Positions 1 through 7,350 of a stretch of DNA of 15,218 nucleotides are shown piece by piece. Every line of letters begins with the position of its first letter. The stretch's first letter is position 1. The stretch comes from Candidatus Sigynarchaeum calidifontis (GTDB lineage: Archaea > Asgardarchaeota > Lokiarchaeia > Sigyniarchaeales > Sigyniarchaeaceae). The stretch is from contig JAUQYZ020000002.1 in the NCBI GenBank assembly GCA_030587475.2, positions 1-15,218 on the forward strand, in the 5' to 3' direction. The translations under genes were made by a program, and so were the position numbers. The notes under the pieces were generated by a model. It searched no databases. It saw only the letters and a list, made by a program, of their open reading frames with translations, and was not told the DNA's origin.

Positions 1-125
1 CGGCGACCGTGCTCCTCACGCACGGGAACGGCACGATGCTCAAGAACAAGTTGCTGGAACGAACCGCCGGCCTCGTGGGCGGTCACCTGGCCCGGGACAC
101 GCGGATCCTGGCCTTGAAGGCGTGA
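1..125 (+). CDS. 3' end of an unidentified gene (partial)
   Basis: Frame from position 3 is open to TGA at 123-125 (ATVLLTHGNGTMLKNKLLERTAGLVGGHLARDTRILALKA). Codons are GC3-rich, and a stem-loop follows (CACGTGACC..GGTCATGTG, 131-153). Confidence 0.55.
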   Translation, partial: ATVLLTHGNGTMLKNKLLERTAGLVGGHLARDTRILALKA

Positions 126-648
126 ACGCGCACGTGACCGGGCGGGTCATGTGGATATTGTTGAAAAAAACATTGTTTTGGCTCTTGATCATTTATATTT
201 TAGTAAAGTCGCAGTAATTCGAGTTGCAGACATGATCTGGAATCAAATCATCGAATCAAGACGAGATAAGAACATTCGCCAGCGAAATCAAAAAATTTCG
301 AGATGATCTCGCATCCGCATCCGCATCCGTGAGTGATAACGCGTTATCTGACAAACCGGGTCAGGCAATGCATCGAGGAGAAGCGCCGGGAGCTTGAAGG
401 AAAGCCCGCGCTCACGATGTCGAAGCGGGACTCGGATGCATTCGACCGCGTCTTGAGGGGGCCGTGAATCCCGAGATTCCCATAATAGCGGCGCGCGTGC
501 ACGATCGACCTGGAATGTAACGTTGATACGTGATGATAATATCCGTGAGAGACAGACTTGCGAGGACGAGCCTTGCGACGCGCCATTGCGACGGCGACCG
601 AGGATCCACCGCGTAATTTGCAAGAAATTGAAATAATTATGGATGTAA

Positions 649-1140
649 TTAAGTTGGTTCCTTCAACCATTCTTTAATTTCGTTCTGTTTCTTGCGGGTG
701 ATGTTGCGAAGGCGTTGCATCTCCCGTGCTAATTGATACAATTCATTGGTGCTTATCCGTCCTTGCTTCGTGTAGACCTGGAACAGATCGACCAATTGCA
801 TTATAAAGAACTTGTACATTTTCGCGTATTTCAATAGTGGCCGGTCTTCACTGATAAGCAAGGCATCAGGATTATCAGGTTCCCCATGGCTAATGATGCT
901 TGAATCTGCAGGGTCAAAGCCTACTGCAATTGCATCATCGTATATTTTCTTGTTTTTAATAGGGAGTATACTAGTGCGCTCGCGAACGATGGCCTTGTTC
1001 TTGAAATGGCGCAATTCCTCATCCACCTGGTGCGTGATGAAAACTTCGCTCCACTCGTAAAGAAGCCTGGCCTCGAACAGCTTCATGGCAGCCAGCACAT
1101 CGAGCTTCAGCCAGGTTCCCGTGTCGATGAAAAGCCTCAT
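649..1140 (-). CDS. PIN-domain ribonuclease (VapC/DUF3368-like toxin)
   Basis: From ATG at 1140: MRLFIDTGTW (PIN beta1-Asp), ITHQVDEEL, FDPADSSII, LLISEDRPL carry the PIN acidic residues. Start trimmed from the ORF-track start at 1218, which would overlap the divergent gene. Confidence 0.8.
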   Translation of the reverse strand: MRLFIDTGTWLKLDVLAAMKLFEARLLYEWSEVFITHQVDEELRHFKNKAIVRERTSILPIKNKKIYDDAIAVGFDPADSSIISHGEPDNPDALLISEDRPLLKYAKMYKFFIMQLVDLFQVYTKQGRISTNELYQLAREMQRLRNITRKKQNEIKEWLKEPT

Positions 1141-1211
1141 GATCCGCATAGTAATTCTAGCAACAAACTTAAAAGTCCTTGCTATATCGTATAGCTTGGA
1201 GATCTTCGCAC
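1141..1211. promoter_or_regulatory. Divergent promoter with two overlapping inverted repeats
   Basis: 71-bp gap between divergent ATGs. It contains TAGCAA-caa-ACTT-aa-AAGT-cc-TTGCTA (1158-1184) around a TTAAAA box, and GCTATA-tcg-TATAGC (1181-1195). Confidence 0.55.
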
Positions 1212-1541
1212 ATGACACAGATAAACATCCGCGTGGAGAAGGACACGGAAGAGATCATCACGTTCCTCGCCGAGCACCAGGGCGTGTCGAAGTCCACGAT
1301 AGCCAAGAAGATGTTGAACGAGGGTATCAACAAGGTATTGCTCCCCGCCGTGGCAAATCTATACAAGGAAGGCAAGATCAGCTTGAAGAAGATCGTGGAC
1401 CTGACAAAGATGGACGTGCTTGACGTGTTGGAAAACTTGTCCTCCTTTATAGATGATGCTCCGATAACGGCAGACATCGACGAATACACGTCTGGCATCG
1501 CGAAAAAAGTAATGGAGATGTCCGAGAAAAAAGACACGTGA
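1212..1541 (+). CDS. Ribbon-helix-helix / UPF0175-family antitoxin
   Basis: MTQINIRVEKD..LAEHQGVSKSTIAKKML is RHH-like. LYKEGKISLKKIVDLT matches the UPF0175 HTH pattern LYxxGxIS. Adjacent to a PIN gene. Confidence 0.8.
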   Translation: MTQINIRVEKDTEEIITFLAEHQGVSKSTIAKKMLNEGINKVLLPAVANLYKEGKISLKKIVDLTKMDVLDVLENLSSFIDDAPITADIDEYTSGIAKKVMEMSEKKDT

Positions 1542-1607
1542 TATATCACGGTGGATCCCTTCCGGCGTCACGCTGGAGGGAACTAGGCACCAGGCACCTT
1601 CCCGTCC

Positions 1608-2095
1608 ATGCCAGGGAAATCGAAACGGAAGCGGGGCACGGTCACGGGGCTTGTGTTGCTCTTCCTATTCAACGGGATCCTGGTGGCTTCAGCGATCCAA
1701 TGCCTTATACAAGGCAATTTCGTACCCTCGACAATGAGCGGCGCGCAAGTGATTAGCGGCGTGATCCCGCCCCGGTATAGCTTCTATATCAGCATATTCC
1801 CCACCGTCGTGCCACGACGGTCTATTCGACCGAGCGAATCAACGCGACCTTGCGCAAGGCAAATTCCCGCGATAGATTCGAGGATCTCGTCGGGCAGTAT
1901 TTGATCGATGGTGAGTTCATCGCGGGCGGGGCTTATTTCGTGAAACGCGCGGGCATCGACGCGTTCAAGGATCGACTCGCCAAGGAAATGCACGACATTG
2001 CAAGCGAGTTGAAATCAATCGATCCGGGAACGAAGGAGACAAGAGAAATTCATATCAAAGAAATAGTGGGCAATAAGCTCAATGACTTTCATTGA
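1608..2095 (+). pseudogene. Possible frameshifted remnant of a membrane-anchored protein
   Basis: The 1608 frame gives a basic N-terminus plus a hydrophobic helix (MPGKSKRKRGTVTGLVLLFLFNGILVASAI). A second frame, open 1781-2095, gives protein-like sequence (DRFEDLVGQYLIDGEF..IKEIVGNKL). No family recognised. Confidence 0.3.
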
Positions 2096-2419
2096 ACGAT
2101 ATTCAATTTTCCTTTTTATAACATCATAAGTGCGATACGCAAGATTGCGAATTGAATTGATGAATTGATGTAAAAGAAAAATGGTCGAACGCGTTTTTCT
2201 CCCGGAAAAGCGTGTTGGAACCACCTAATTCACGTGTCCATTTTCCGCTGGCACGTTCACTTCTTAACCTTGCGCTCAGCAATGCCGGGCTCGCCGTCGG
2301 CTCCCGGCTTCCTTGATGCCTCGACTACGGTCAAATCTTCACTTGTATCGCCCTCGTTATCGCCACCACGCGGTTTTTGTGCGAGCCGCGCCACGGGGGA
2401 GAAGGGAATATGAAAAAAA

Positions 2420-2467
2420 GTATAACTATATTAGGGCAACTTTGTATAACCATATTAGTTATACAAA
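2420..2467 (+). promoter_or_regulatory. Promoter/operator of AbrB-VapC operon 1
   Basis: GTATAAC at 2420, then the perfect inverted repeat TTTGTATAAC-N7-GTTATACAAA (2441-2467) ending 9 nt before the ATG. Confidence 0.7.
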
Positions 2468-2476
2468 TGATGGACG

Positions 2477-2719
2477 ATGCTCATCAAGCGCAAGGTCGGC
2501 CCGAAGGGGCAGGTCGTTATCCCGAAGGATGTCCGGGAGCTACTCGGGATTGTTCCAGGGGATGAGGTTTTCATCGAAATTGATGACATGGGCGTGAGAA
2601 TCCGCCCTGGATCCAGAAAAGACGCAAAAGACGACTTTCTTGAGAACTTTTTCGCCATTCCCAAGAAACTAGAACGAAAGATCGACATCGAGAAGCAGAT
2701 TGATGAGGAGTACGCATGA
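2477..2719 (+). CDS. vapB: AbrB/MazE/SpoVT-family antitoxin (VapB)
   Basis: KVGPKGQVVIPKDVRELLGIVPGDEV is the AbrB swapped-hairpin signature. Acidic C-terminal tail. ATGA overlap with the downstream PIN gene. Confidence 0.92.
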   Translation: MLIKRKVGPKGQVVIPKDVRELLGIVPGDEVFIEIDDMGVRIRPGSRKDAKDDFLENFFAIPKKLERKIDIEKQIDEEYA

Positions 2720-3162
2720 GCCTGGCAGCCCAGACGAAGGGGGCATCACCACCTGTGTTCTACGTGGATGCAAATATCTTCCTCAATCCGATTCTCTACG
2801 ACGTCAATGTCGTCCCGGAGGCAGCTGCGGCCGCCAAATTCTTGATGGAAGTCAAGGCAGGTCATTTCAAGGCCCTCACATCCGTCCTCACGTGGGACGA
2901 GGTCACGTGGATCGTGCGGAAGAACGTCGACATCGCCACGGCGAGAAAAAAAGGTCAAGAGTTCTTGATGTTCCCCGGCTTGAGGTTTTTGCCGGTTACC
3001 GCGTCCATCATCAACAAAGCACAGCTGTTACTGGAACAGCACACGATCAAGCCTCGCGATGCCATCCACCTCGCATCCGGCTTGGCGAATGGCGTGACTG
3101 CTTTCGTCACGCTCGATGATGACTTCAAAGGCATTCCGGGCATCACGTACCGGCAACCATGA
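2716..3162 (+). CDS. vapC: VapC PIN-domain toxin
   Basis: YVDANIF, TSVLTWDEV, PRDAIHLAS and FVTLDDDF give the complete PIN acidic tetrad. Confidence 0.93.
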   Translation: MSLAAQTKGASPPVFYVDANIFLNPILYDVNVVPEAAAAAKFLMEVKAGHFKALTSVLTWDEVTWIVRKNVDIATARKKGQEFLMFPGLRFLPVTASIINKAQLLLEQHTIKPRDAIHLASGLANGVTAFVTLDDDFKGIPGITYRQP

Positions 3163-3520
3163 GCGGACGTGCAAGAAATATCTTGGTCGTGGCTTTTGGA
3201 AGCATCAATTACTTGCTGTTAGTCGTAGGGCATCGTCATTGCATCATGTCATTCCAGCCCACGCGCCCAAGCACCCACGCGACGATGCGTCCCGAGGTGT
3301 ATTAGCTTGTTACATTTCACGCGTCGCAAGTATTGCATGAAATCAATCGCCAAGGCTCGCAGCCTTTAAGTTTGAAGGTTTATACATCACATTCTGGACA
3401 AAATACCCTAGAATTACCGTTTCGTGAGGGATAACCACGACCTTCATCACGACAAAGACGATCAACGGCAAGAAATATCGTTATTTTCGTTATTCCTATC
3501 GAGTAGGAAGCAATACAAGG

Positions 3521-4342
3521 GTGATCGAGATGCAAATCCGGGAACGTGTCGACATTGAAAAGCAAAAAGAAGAATTCGTGGTCAAGGTCGTGGAAAAATG
3601 TTGGGTGCCGGTTATTGACGACATGAAACGAAACTACGCGCGCGATTTATCGCGGTACACGTTCACGACCAAGGAAAAATTCTTTGAAGATTTCGGGATC
3701 CGGTTCACGCACCATTCCAACAAGATCGAGGGAAACACGCTCGATTTCAAGCAAGTACGGGATGTTATATTGGACAAGATCACGCCGCGTGGCAAGCCCG
3801 TGAGCGATGTTGTAGAAATCCAGGCACATCACGAAATTTATCACGAGATACTGGACACGGCTGAACCATTATCGATGTCCTTGATCTTGCACTGGCACGA
3901 GATGCTGTTTCGCGGGTCAAATCCGCAGATCGCTGGACAAATACGAAATGGCCCGGTCCTCATAGCGGGAAGCAATTACGTGCCACCGGCAAGTAGAATC
4001 GAGGTCGATCTCGGCTTGGAGACCTTGTTCAAGTGGCATGATGATAATGTACATCGCATTCATCCCGTGCTCTTGGCTTGCATCACGAGTTTCCGGCTCG
4101 CGAGCATACACCCGTTCGATGATGGTAACGGACGAATGAGCCGCGTGGTGATGAATTACATCTTGCATAAATCGGGATATCCGATGTTCAACATTGAATT
4201 CAAGTCGCGGGAAGGATATTACAACGCGTTGGAGGCAGCCAATCTCAAGAACGACGACATGCGGTTCGTTCATTGGTTTTTCACGCGTTATATCAAGGCA
4301 AATCAACGATACGTGCTTATAGCACGAAAAAAATCAAGGTAA
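3521..4342 (+). CDS. Fic-family protein (AMPylase), class II-like; true start probably upstream near 3437
   Basis: Canonical HPFDDGNGRMSR catalytic motif, with the inhibitory helix motif SNKIEGN N-terminal to it. The frame stays open and protein-like back to 3428. Confidence 0.92.
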   Translation: MIEMQIRERVDIEKQKEEFVVKVVEKCWVPVIDDMKRNYARDLSRYTFTTKEKFFEDFGIRFTHHSNKIEGNTLDFKQVRDVILDKITPRGKPVSDVVEIQAHHEIYHEILDTAEPLSMSLILHWHEMLFRGSNPQIAGQIRNGPVLIAGSNYVPPASRIEVDLGLETLFKWHDDNVHRIHPVLLACITSFRLASIHPFDDGNGRMSRVVMNYILHKSGYPMFNIEFKSREGYYNALEAANLKNDDMRFVHWFFTRYIKANQRYVLIARKKSR

Positions 4343-4389
4343 TCGAATCATTTTATTCAACCGTTTCCGAACTAGCTCATGCACCTGGA

Positions 4390-4480
4390 TCACGCCGAGC
4401 TCGATTTTAGATTCGATCTCCACGTCCATCTCGCGAGGTGGCAACCGTGCCAAGCCGTTCCCGTTCCCGCGTCGATGGAG
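4390..4480 (-). pseudogene. Relic of the 3' part of a UPF0175 antitoxin paralogue
   Basis: 4414-4435 is identical (22/22) to 6541-6562. Translation RLPP-REMDVEIES versus RLPIGRVIEAAREMDVEIGS in the intact gene. Confidence 0.5.
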
Positions 4481-4698
4481 TGGCCGCTTCCATAATCATC
4501 CGCCATGTTTCGTCCCCATGTTTGCATCCAATCGAGGGTCATGTCCGGCAATTGCCCGTCCGAGGTTTTTATCCCCGAGCAAGTTTTTTCTACGAAAGGT
4601 GCTGGTTGCATCAGGAATGCTGCTAGCATCCATGTTACACCAAGCCAAATGATCATTTCCGTTACACGTGCCTTGTGTCGTTTCACCGAATCTTTCAC
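4460..4698 (-). pseudogene. N-terminal fragment of a secreted beta-propeller (SBBP-like) protein
   Basis: Signal-like IIWLGVTWMLAAFLM, then LDWMQTWGRNMADDYGSGHSID resembling one WxxTWGGxxxDxGxGIAxD repeat. Truncated after that single repeat. Confidence 0.4.
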
Positions 4699-4911
4699 CG
4701 CCTTCTTCTCTCTTGAATCGTGGATTTTTCAAGTGTTGAAAAACCGACGAATGAACAGCGCCATTTCAATCATGTTTTTCAACATGATGGTTGGAATACC
4801 GTGATAATCATATATATCCTTAACGTGCATTTTCTCCCGTTCCCCCCGCATATATCGCTGAATAATTTCTTGCCAGGAACAGTGAAAAATATAGCAAGAT
4901 CTTGTCCCAAA

Positions 4912-4983
4912 TGACCCCTTCATTTCGAGCAATCAGATAGAAAGTGAAAGGATCGAGTCGCGCGAGTCGATGAATGTACTGGT
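4912..4983 (-). repeat. Diverged copy of 7637-7708 containing an ORB-like core
   Basis: Ungapped alignment 50/72 identical, with GACCCCTTCATTTCGAG identical at 4913-4929 and 7638-7654. Confidence 0.75.
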
Positions 4984-5009
4984 GAAACGCGTTTGATGGT
5001 GAAACGCGT
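4980..5009. repeat. 13-bp direct repeat TGGTGAAACGCGT at a breakpoint
   Basis: Copies at 4980-4992 and 4997-5009, located where acyl-CoA dehydrogenase similarity ends and the ORB-containing copy begins. Confidence 0.7.
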
Positions 5010-5265
5010 CGTATTGCTGCACGTGCGTGACTTTCGCGCGGTTCTCGATCCGGTTCGCCTCGTCCGCGAGGTCGCGGAGCCGGTAGGAAACCTTGTCCGA
5101 GGGCTCCCGGAGCTCTTTGTCGATCTTGGCAAACTCGGTACCTGTGTGCTTTTTTACCAGGGCCTGGAAGAACGGGTCGTCCTAGTGGAAGTTAAACCGG
5201 TTTCGCACGAGCAAGAAGTCGTCAAACGTGTAAGGATTGTTCCTGTCTCCTTCAGTATCGGCCAT
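4993..5265 (-). pseudogene. 5' fragment of an acyl-CoA dehydrogenase (AidB-like) with an internal stop
   Basis: MADTEGDRNNPYTFDDFLLVRNRFNFH*DDPFFQALVKKH..VSYRLRDLADEANRIEN..QQYDAFHH resembles the NPYSF..YxDDPF..YDAxxHRIDRI N-terminus of this family. TAG at 5182-5184, SD GGTGA at 5271-5275, only about 90 codons remain. Confidence 0.65.
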
Positions 5266-5338
5266 GAAATTCACCAGCACATCCCTTTATTTGAATAGCA
5301 ATAAATTTTCGCGTTGATCCGATCCTGGACTGCGGCCT

Positions 5339-5779
5339 CTATTCTAATATGCGGCATGGAATGAATGAATTGTTGGCGAGGTCCGCATCAAACGTGATGA
5401 ATTCCGAAGCACCATGGATCAATGCCGATGCGACATGAATGGCATCACGAGGTTTTAGTGAAGATACTTCAATCATGTCTTGTGCCTTCTTGACAACATC
5501 CCTGGTGACATTCAACAATTGCAGCCTAGGGAAATCCAGGAATTCCAGGCCTTGCTTTCGGGCATCTTCAAGCGTTAATTCCCGTCTCACCACCCACACG
5601 ATCTCGTCCCATGTCAACAAGGATGTACAAGCGTTGATTCGCCGGTTTGTAACTTGCTCTAGCAATTGCTTTGCAACAAGGGCTTGGGGGATTGATCGCG
5701 GATCATATAAAATATAATTTAAGAAAACGTTTGCATCGATGTATGCAAGGCTTGATGTACTGGAGTCTTGAGCAATCAT
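5339..5779 (-). CDS. vapC: VapC PIN-domain toxin
   Basis: YIDANVF, TSLLTWDEI, PRDAIHVAS, FITFDADL. Paralogue of 2716-3162. Confidence 0.93.
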   Translation of the reverse strand: MIAQDSSTSSLAYIDANVFLNYILYDPRSIPQALVAKQLLEQVTNRRINACTSLLTWDEIVWVVRRELTLEDARKQGLEFLDFPRLQLLNVTRDVVKKAQDMIEVSSLKPRDAIHVASALIHGASEFITFDADLANNSFIPCRILE

Positions 5780-6009
5780 TGGTATTCTTCTTCAATAATC
5801 TTTTTAATATCCACGATCTTGGTTAATTTTCTCGATGTGTTCCCGAATCGATCAAAATACGTTTCTGGCTTGTTAGCTGGCTTGATCTTCACTTCATCAG
5901 CTGTTACTTCCAAGATCACCTCGCTACCGGGTTTCACGCCAAGCATCTCCCTAATATCCTTTGGAAGGACGATTTGACCTTTCGGACCGAGTCTCCTCTT
6001 CACTTGCAT
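5776..6009 (-). CDS. vapB: AbrB/MazE/SpoVT-family antitoxin (VapB)
   Basis: From ATG at 6009: MQVKRRLGPKGQIVLPKDIREMLGVKPGSEV. 4-nt overlap with vapC. Paralogue of 2477-2719. Confidence 0.92.
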   Translation of the reverse strand: MQVKRRLGPKGQIVLPKDIREMLGVKPGSEVILEVTADEVKIKPANKPETYFDRFGNTSRKLTKIVDIKKIIEEEYQ

Positions 6010-6022
6010 ATGATCGTCAATG

Positions 6023-6064
6023 GTATAACTCGCATTTATACTTGGTGGGAATAATAAGTTATAC
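6023..6064 (-). promoter_or_regulatory. Promoter/operator of AbrB-VapC operon 2
   Basis: Minus strand reads GTATAAC-N16-GTATAAA-N5-GTTATAC-N13-ATG, the same half-site and layout as operon 1. Confidence 0.7.
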
Positions 6065-6069
6065 CCGGT

Positions 6070-6288
6070 GTGCAAGAGTTCAAGATGTCGCAAGGCATTC
6101 TCCTCGCATTTCGCAGCCAGCAATACCCCGTGGCTTGCGTGCCGGTCGCGAAAAGGACATCCCGCACGCTGAGGGACGCTCTCAAGCTCTTCTCGGGCAA
6201 GTATTATGCGCAGTTCGGGGATAAACTCGTTACTACAAGCAAAGTATCGAAGTTCGCGCCGGCATCGGCCATCGTGACGGAATGCTTC
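6070..6288 (+). pseudogene. C-terminal fragment of an Asgard longin-like domain protein
   Basis: VQEFKMSQGILL..YPVACVPVAKRTSRTLRDALKLFSGKYYAQF..SKFAPASAIVTECF has the strand-strand-helix-helix pattern I recall from the C-terminal domain of many lokiarchaeal membrane proteins. The N-terminal part is missing. Confidence 0.45.
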
Positions 6289-6332
6289 CATCATCGACAA
6301 CGATGGTCAGGTTATAAACGCCGACCCGGGTT

Positions 6333-6391
6333 CAGGTCGAGGCCGAGCAGCCGCGGTTGGTCCGCCATGATGGCTCGCCTTTTCGCCTTTC
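6333..6391. repeat. Direct repeat, copy 1 (start of actin-like gene)
   Basis: 51/59 identical to 7546-7604, with the first 21 nt identical. Minus strand 6368-6312 reads MADQPRLLGLDLNPGRRL*. Confidence 0.85.
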
Positions 6392-6463
6392 AAGCGGGAC
6401 TCGACTTTATTGGATGATATATTCCATGTCTTGATCATCGCATGCTGCATCCATGCTGTCGTT

Positions 6464-6799
6464 CTATCTGGTCCTTTTCGCTTTTTCAAGGAGTTTTTCA
6501 AGGACGCTTTTCTCGTGCTCTAGCGTCGATGCATCAGAACCGATCTCCACGTCCATCTCGCGGGCGGCTTCTATTACTCGACCAATAGGCAGCCGCGTTC
6601 GCTCCGCAACCTGCTCGATGGACAACTCGCCACGGTGCACCAGCAATATATCCCGTTGGAGCACGGCGCGTTGGTATCCATCGAGTATGAATTTTCGTAT
6701 CAACGCACTCCGGTCAAGATTCATCTCGGCAGCGAGCTTTTCGATGTCCTTCAACACCTCGTCGTCCAATCTCGTGCTGATCGTGCTCGTGTCACTCAC
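6464..6799 (-). CDS. Ribbon-helix-helix / UPF0175-family antitoxin
   Basis: TISTRLDDEVLKDIEKLAAEMNLDRSALIRKFI (CopG-like RHH) plus VHRGELSIEQVAERT (UPF0175 HTH). GTG start overlaps the upstream PIN gene by 8 nt. Confidence 0.87.
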   Translation of the reverse strand: MSDTSTISTRLDDEVLKDIEKLAAEMNLDRSALIRKFILDGYQRAVLQRDILLVHRGELSIEQVAERTRLPIGRVIEAAREMDVEIGSDASTLEHEKSVLEKLLEKAKRTR

Positions 6800-7307
6800 C
6801 TTCCTTTGGCTTCTTTACTCGTCGTATGAATCTCCGCAATTCTGTTATGCGGATGAGGTCTAACTTGTGGATTTTATCAAGAGCGATTAATAAATTGTCA
6901 AATTCGTCCTCCGTGATCTTGCCCAGCAAGACCATCTCGACCAGCAACGAATCCAAGCCCAGCACGTCCAAGCCAAGCCTGATCGCTTCCTTCTTGGCTT
7001 TCTTGTCATCGGTAACGCATATGGCTTCCTCTTTGCTGTCGACCTCGACCTTGGTTTCAGCAAGGATCTCGGCTTCTCCTTGTCCTAGAGTTGAAATGAG
7101 GATGCCGCGTGGTACGATGTTCTTGATGATGCCTTGGGCCAAGAAAGCTTTGAAGGATTTTGCCGATCCGGGATTCTTCTTCTGATCTATAATCTCGTTG
7201 TACACTGCAGTCGTGATAATGATGGGGCCGAATGTTTCATGAAGGCGTGGTATCACATCCAGTTTCTGGCTCAAGATGAGGGAGCACGCGTCAAATTTCA
7301 GTTTCAC
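6792..7307 (-). CDS. PIN-domain protein (DUF3368-like toxin)
   Basis: FDACSLI, ITTAVYNEI, LGQGEAEIL, VTDDKKAKKEAIRLGL. TTTTATA box at 7330-7336 and inverted repeat TGTAAA-tg-TTTACA at 7355-7368 upstream. Confidence 0.87.
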   Translation of the reverse strand: MKLKFDACSLILSQKLDVIPRLHETFGPIIITTAVYNEIIDQKKNPGSAKSFKAFLAQGIIKNIVPRGILISTLGQGEAEILAETKVEVDSKEEAICVTDDKKAKKEAIRLGLDVLGLDSLLVEMVLLGKITEDEFDNLLIALDKIHKLDLIRITELRRFIRRVKKPKEGE

Positions 7308-7350
7308 GAGATAATGATCCGGATTGAACTATAAAAAGATGTGTGTTTTA

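Noticed and set aside
4388-4403. 15/16 match to 7387-7402 (GATCwCGCCGAGCTCG)
   Set aside because: Short and GC-rich, and its core recurs inside the methyltransferase gene (13363), so probably chance.
620-4872. Recurrent GCAAGAAAT 9-mer (620, 3171, 3468, 4864 on minus)
   Set aside because: Inconsistent context, including one copy in the Fic N-terminal coding extension; cannot be distinguished from chance without statistics.
5182-5184. In-frame TAG in the acyl-CoA dehydrogenase fragment as pyrrolysine or readthrough
   Set aside because: The gene is truncated after about 90 codons anyway, and TAG is the normal stop of intact genes here (5339, 6464).
5776-6300. Long ORF-track versions of vapB2 (174 aa), PIN 649-1218, antitoxin 1179-1541 and wHTH 8285-8656
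   Set aside because: The extensions run through promoters and operators. Family motifs, paralogue alignment or SD position place the starts at 6009, 1140, 1212 and 8381.
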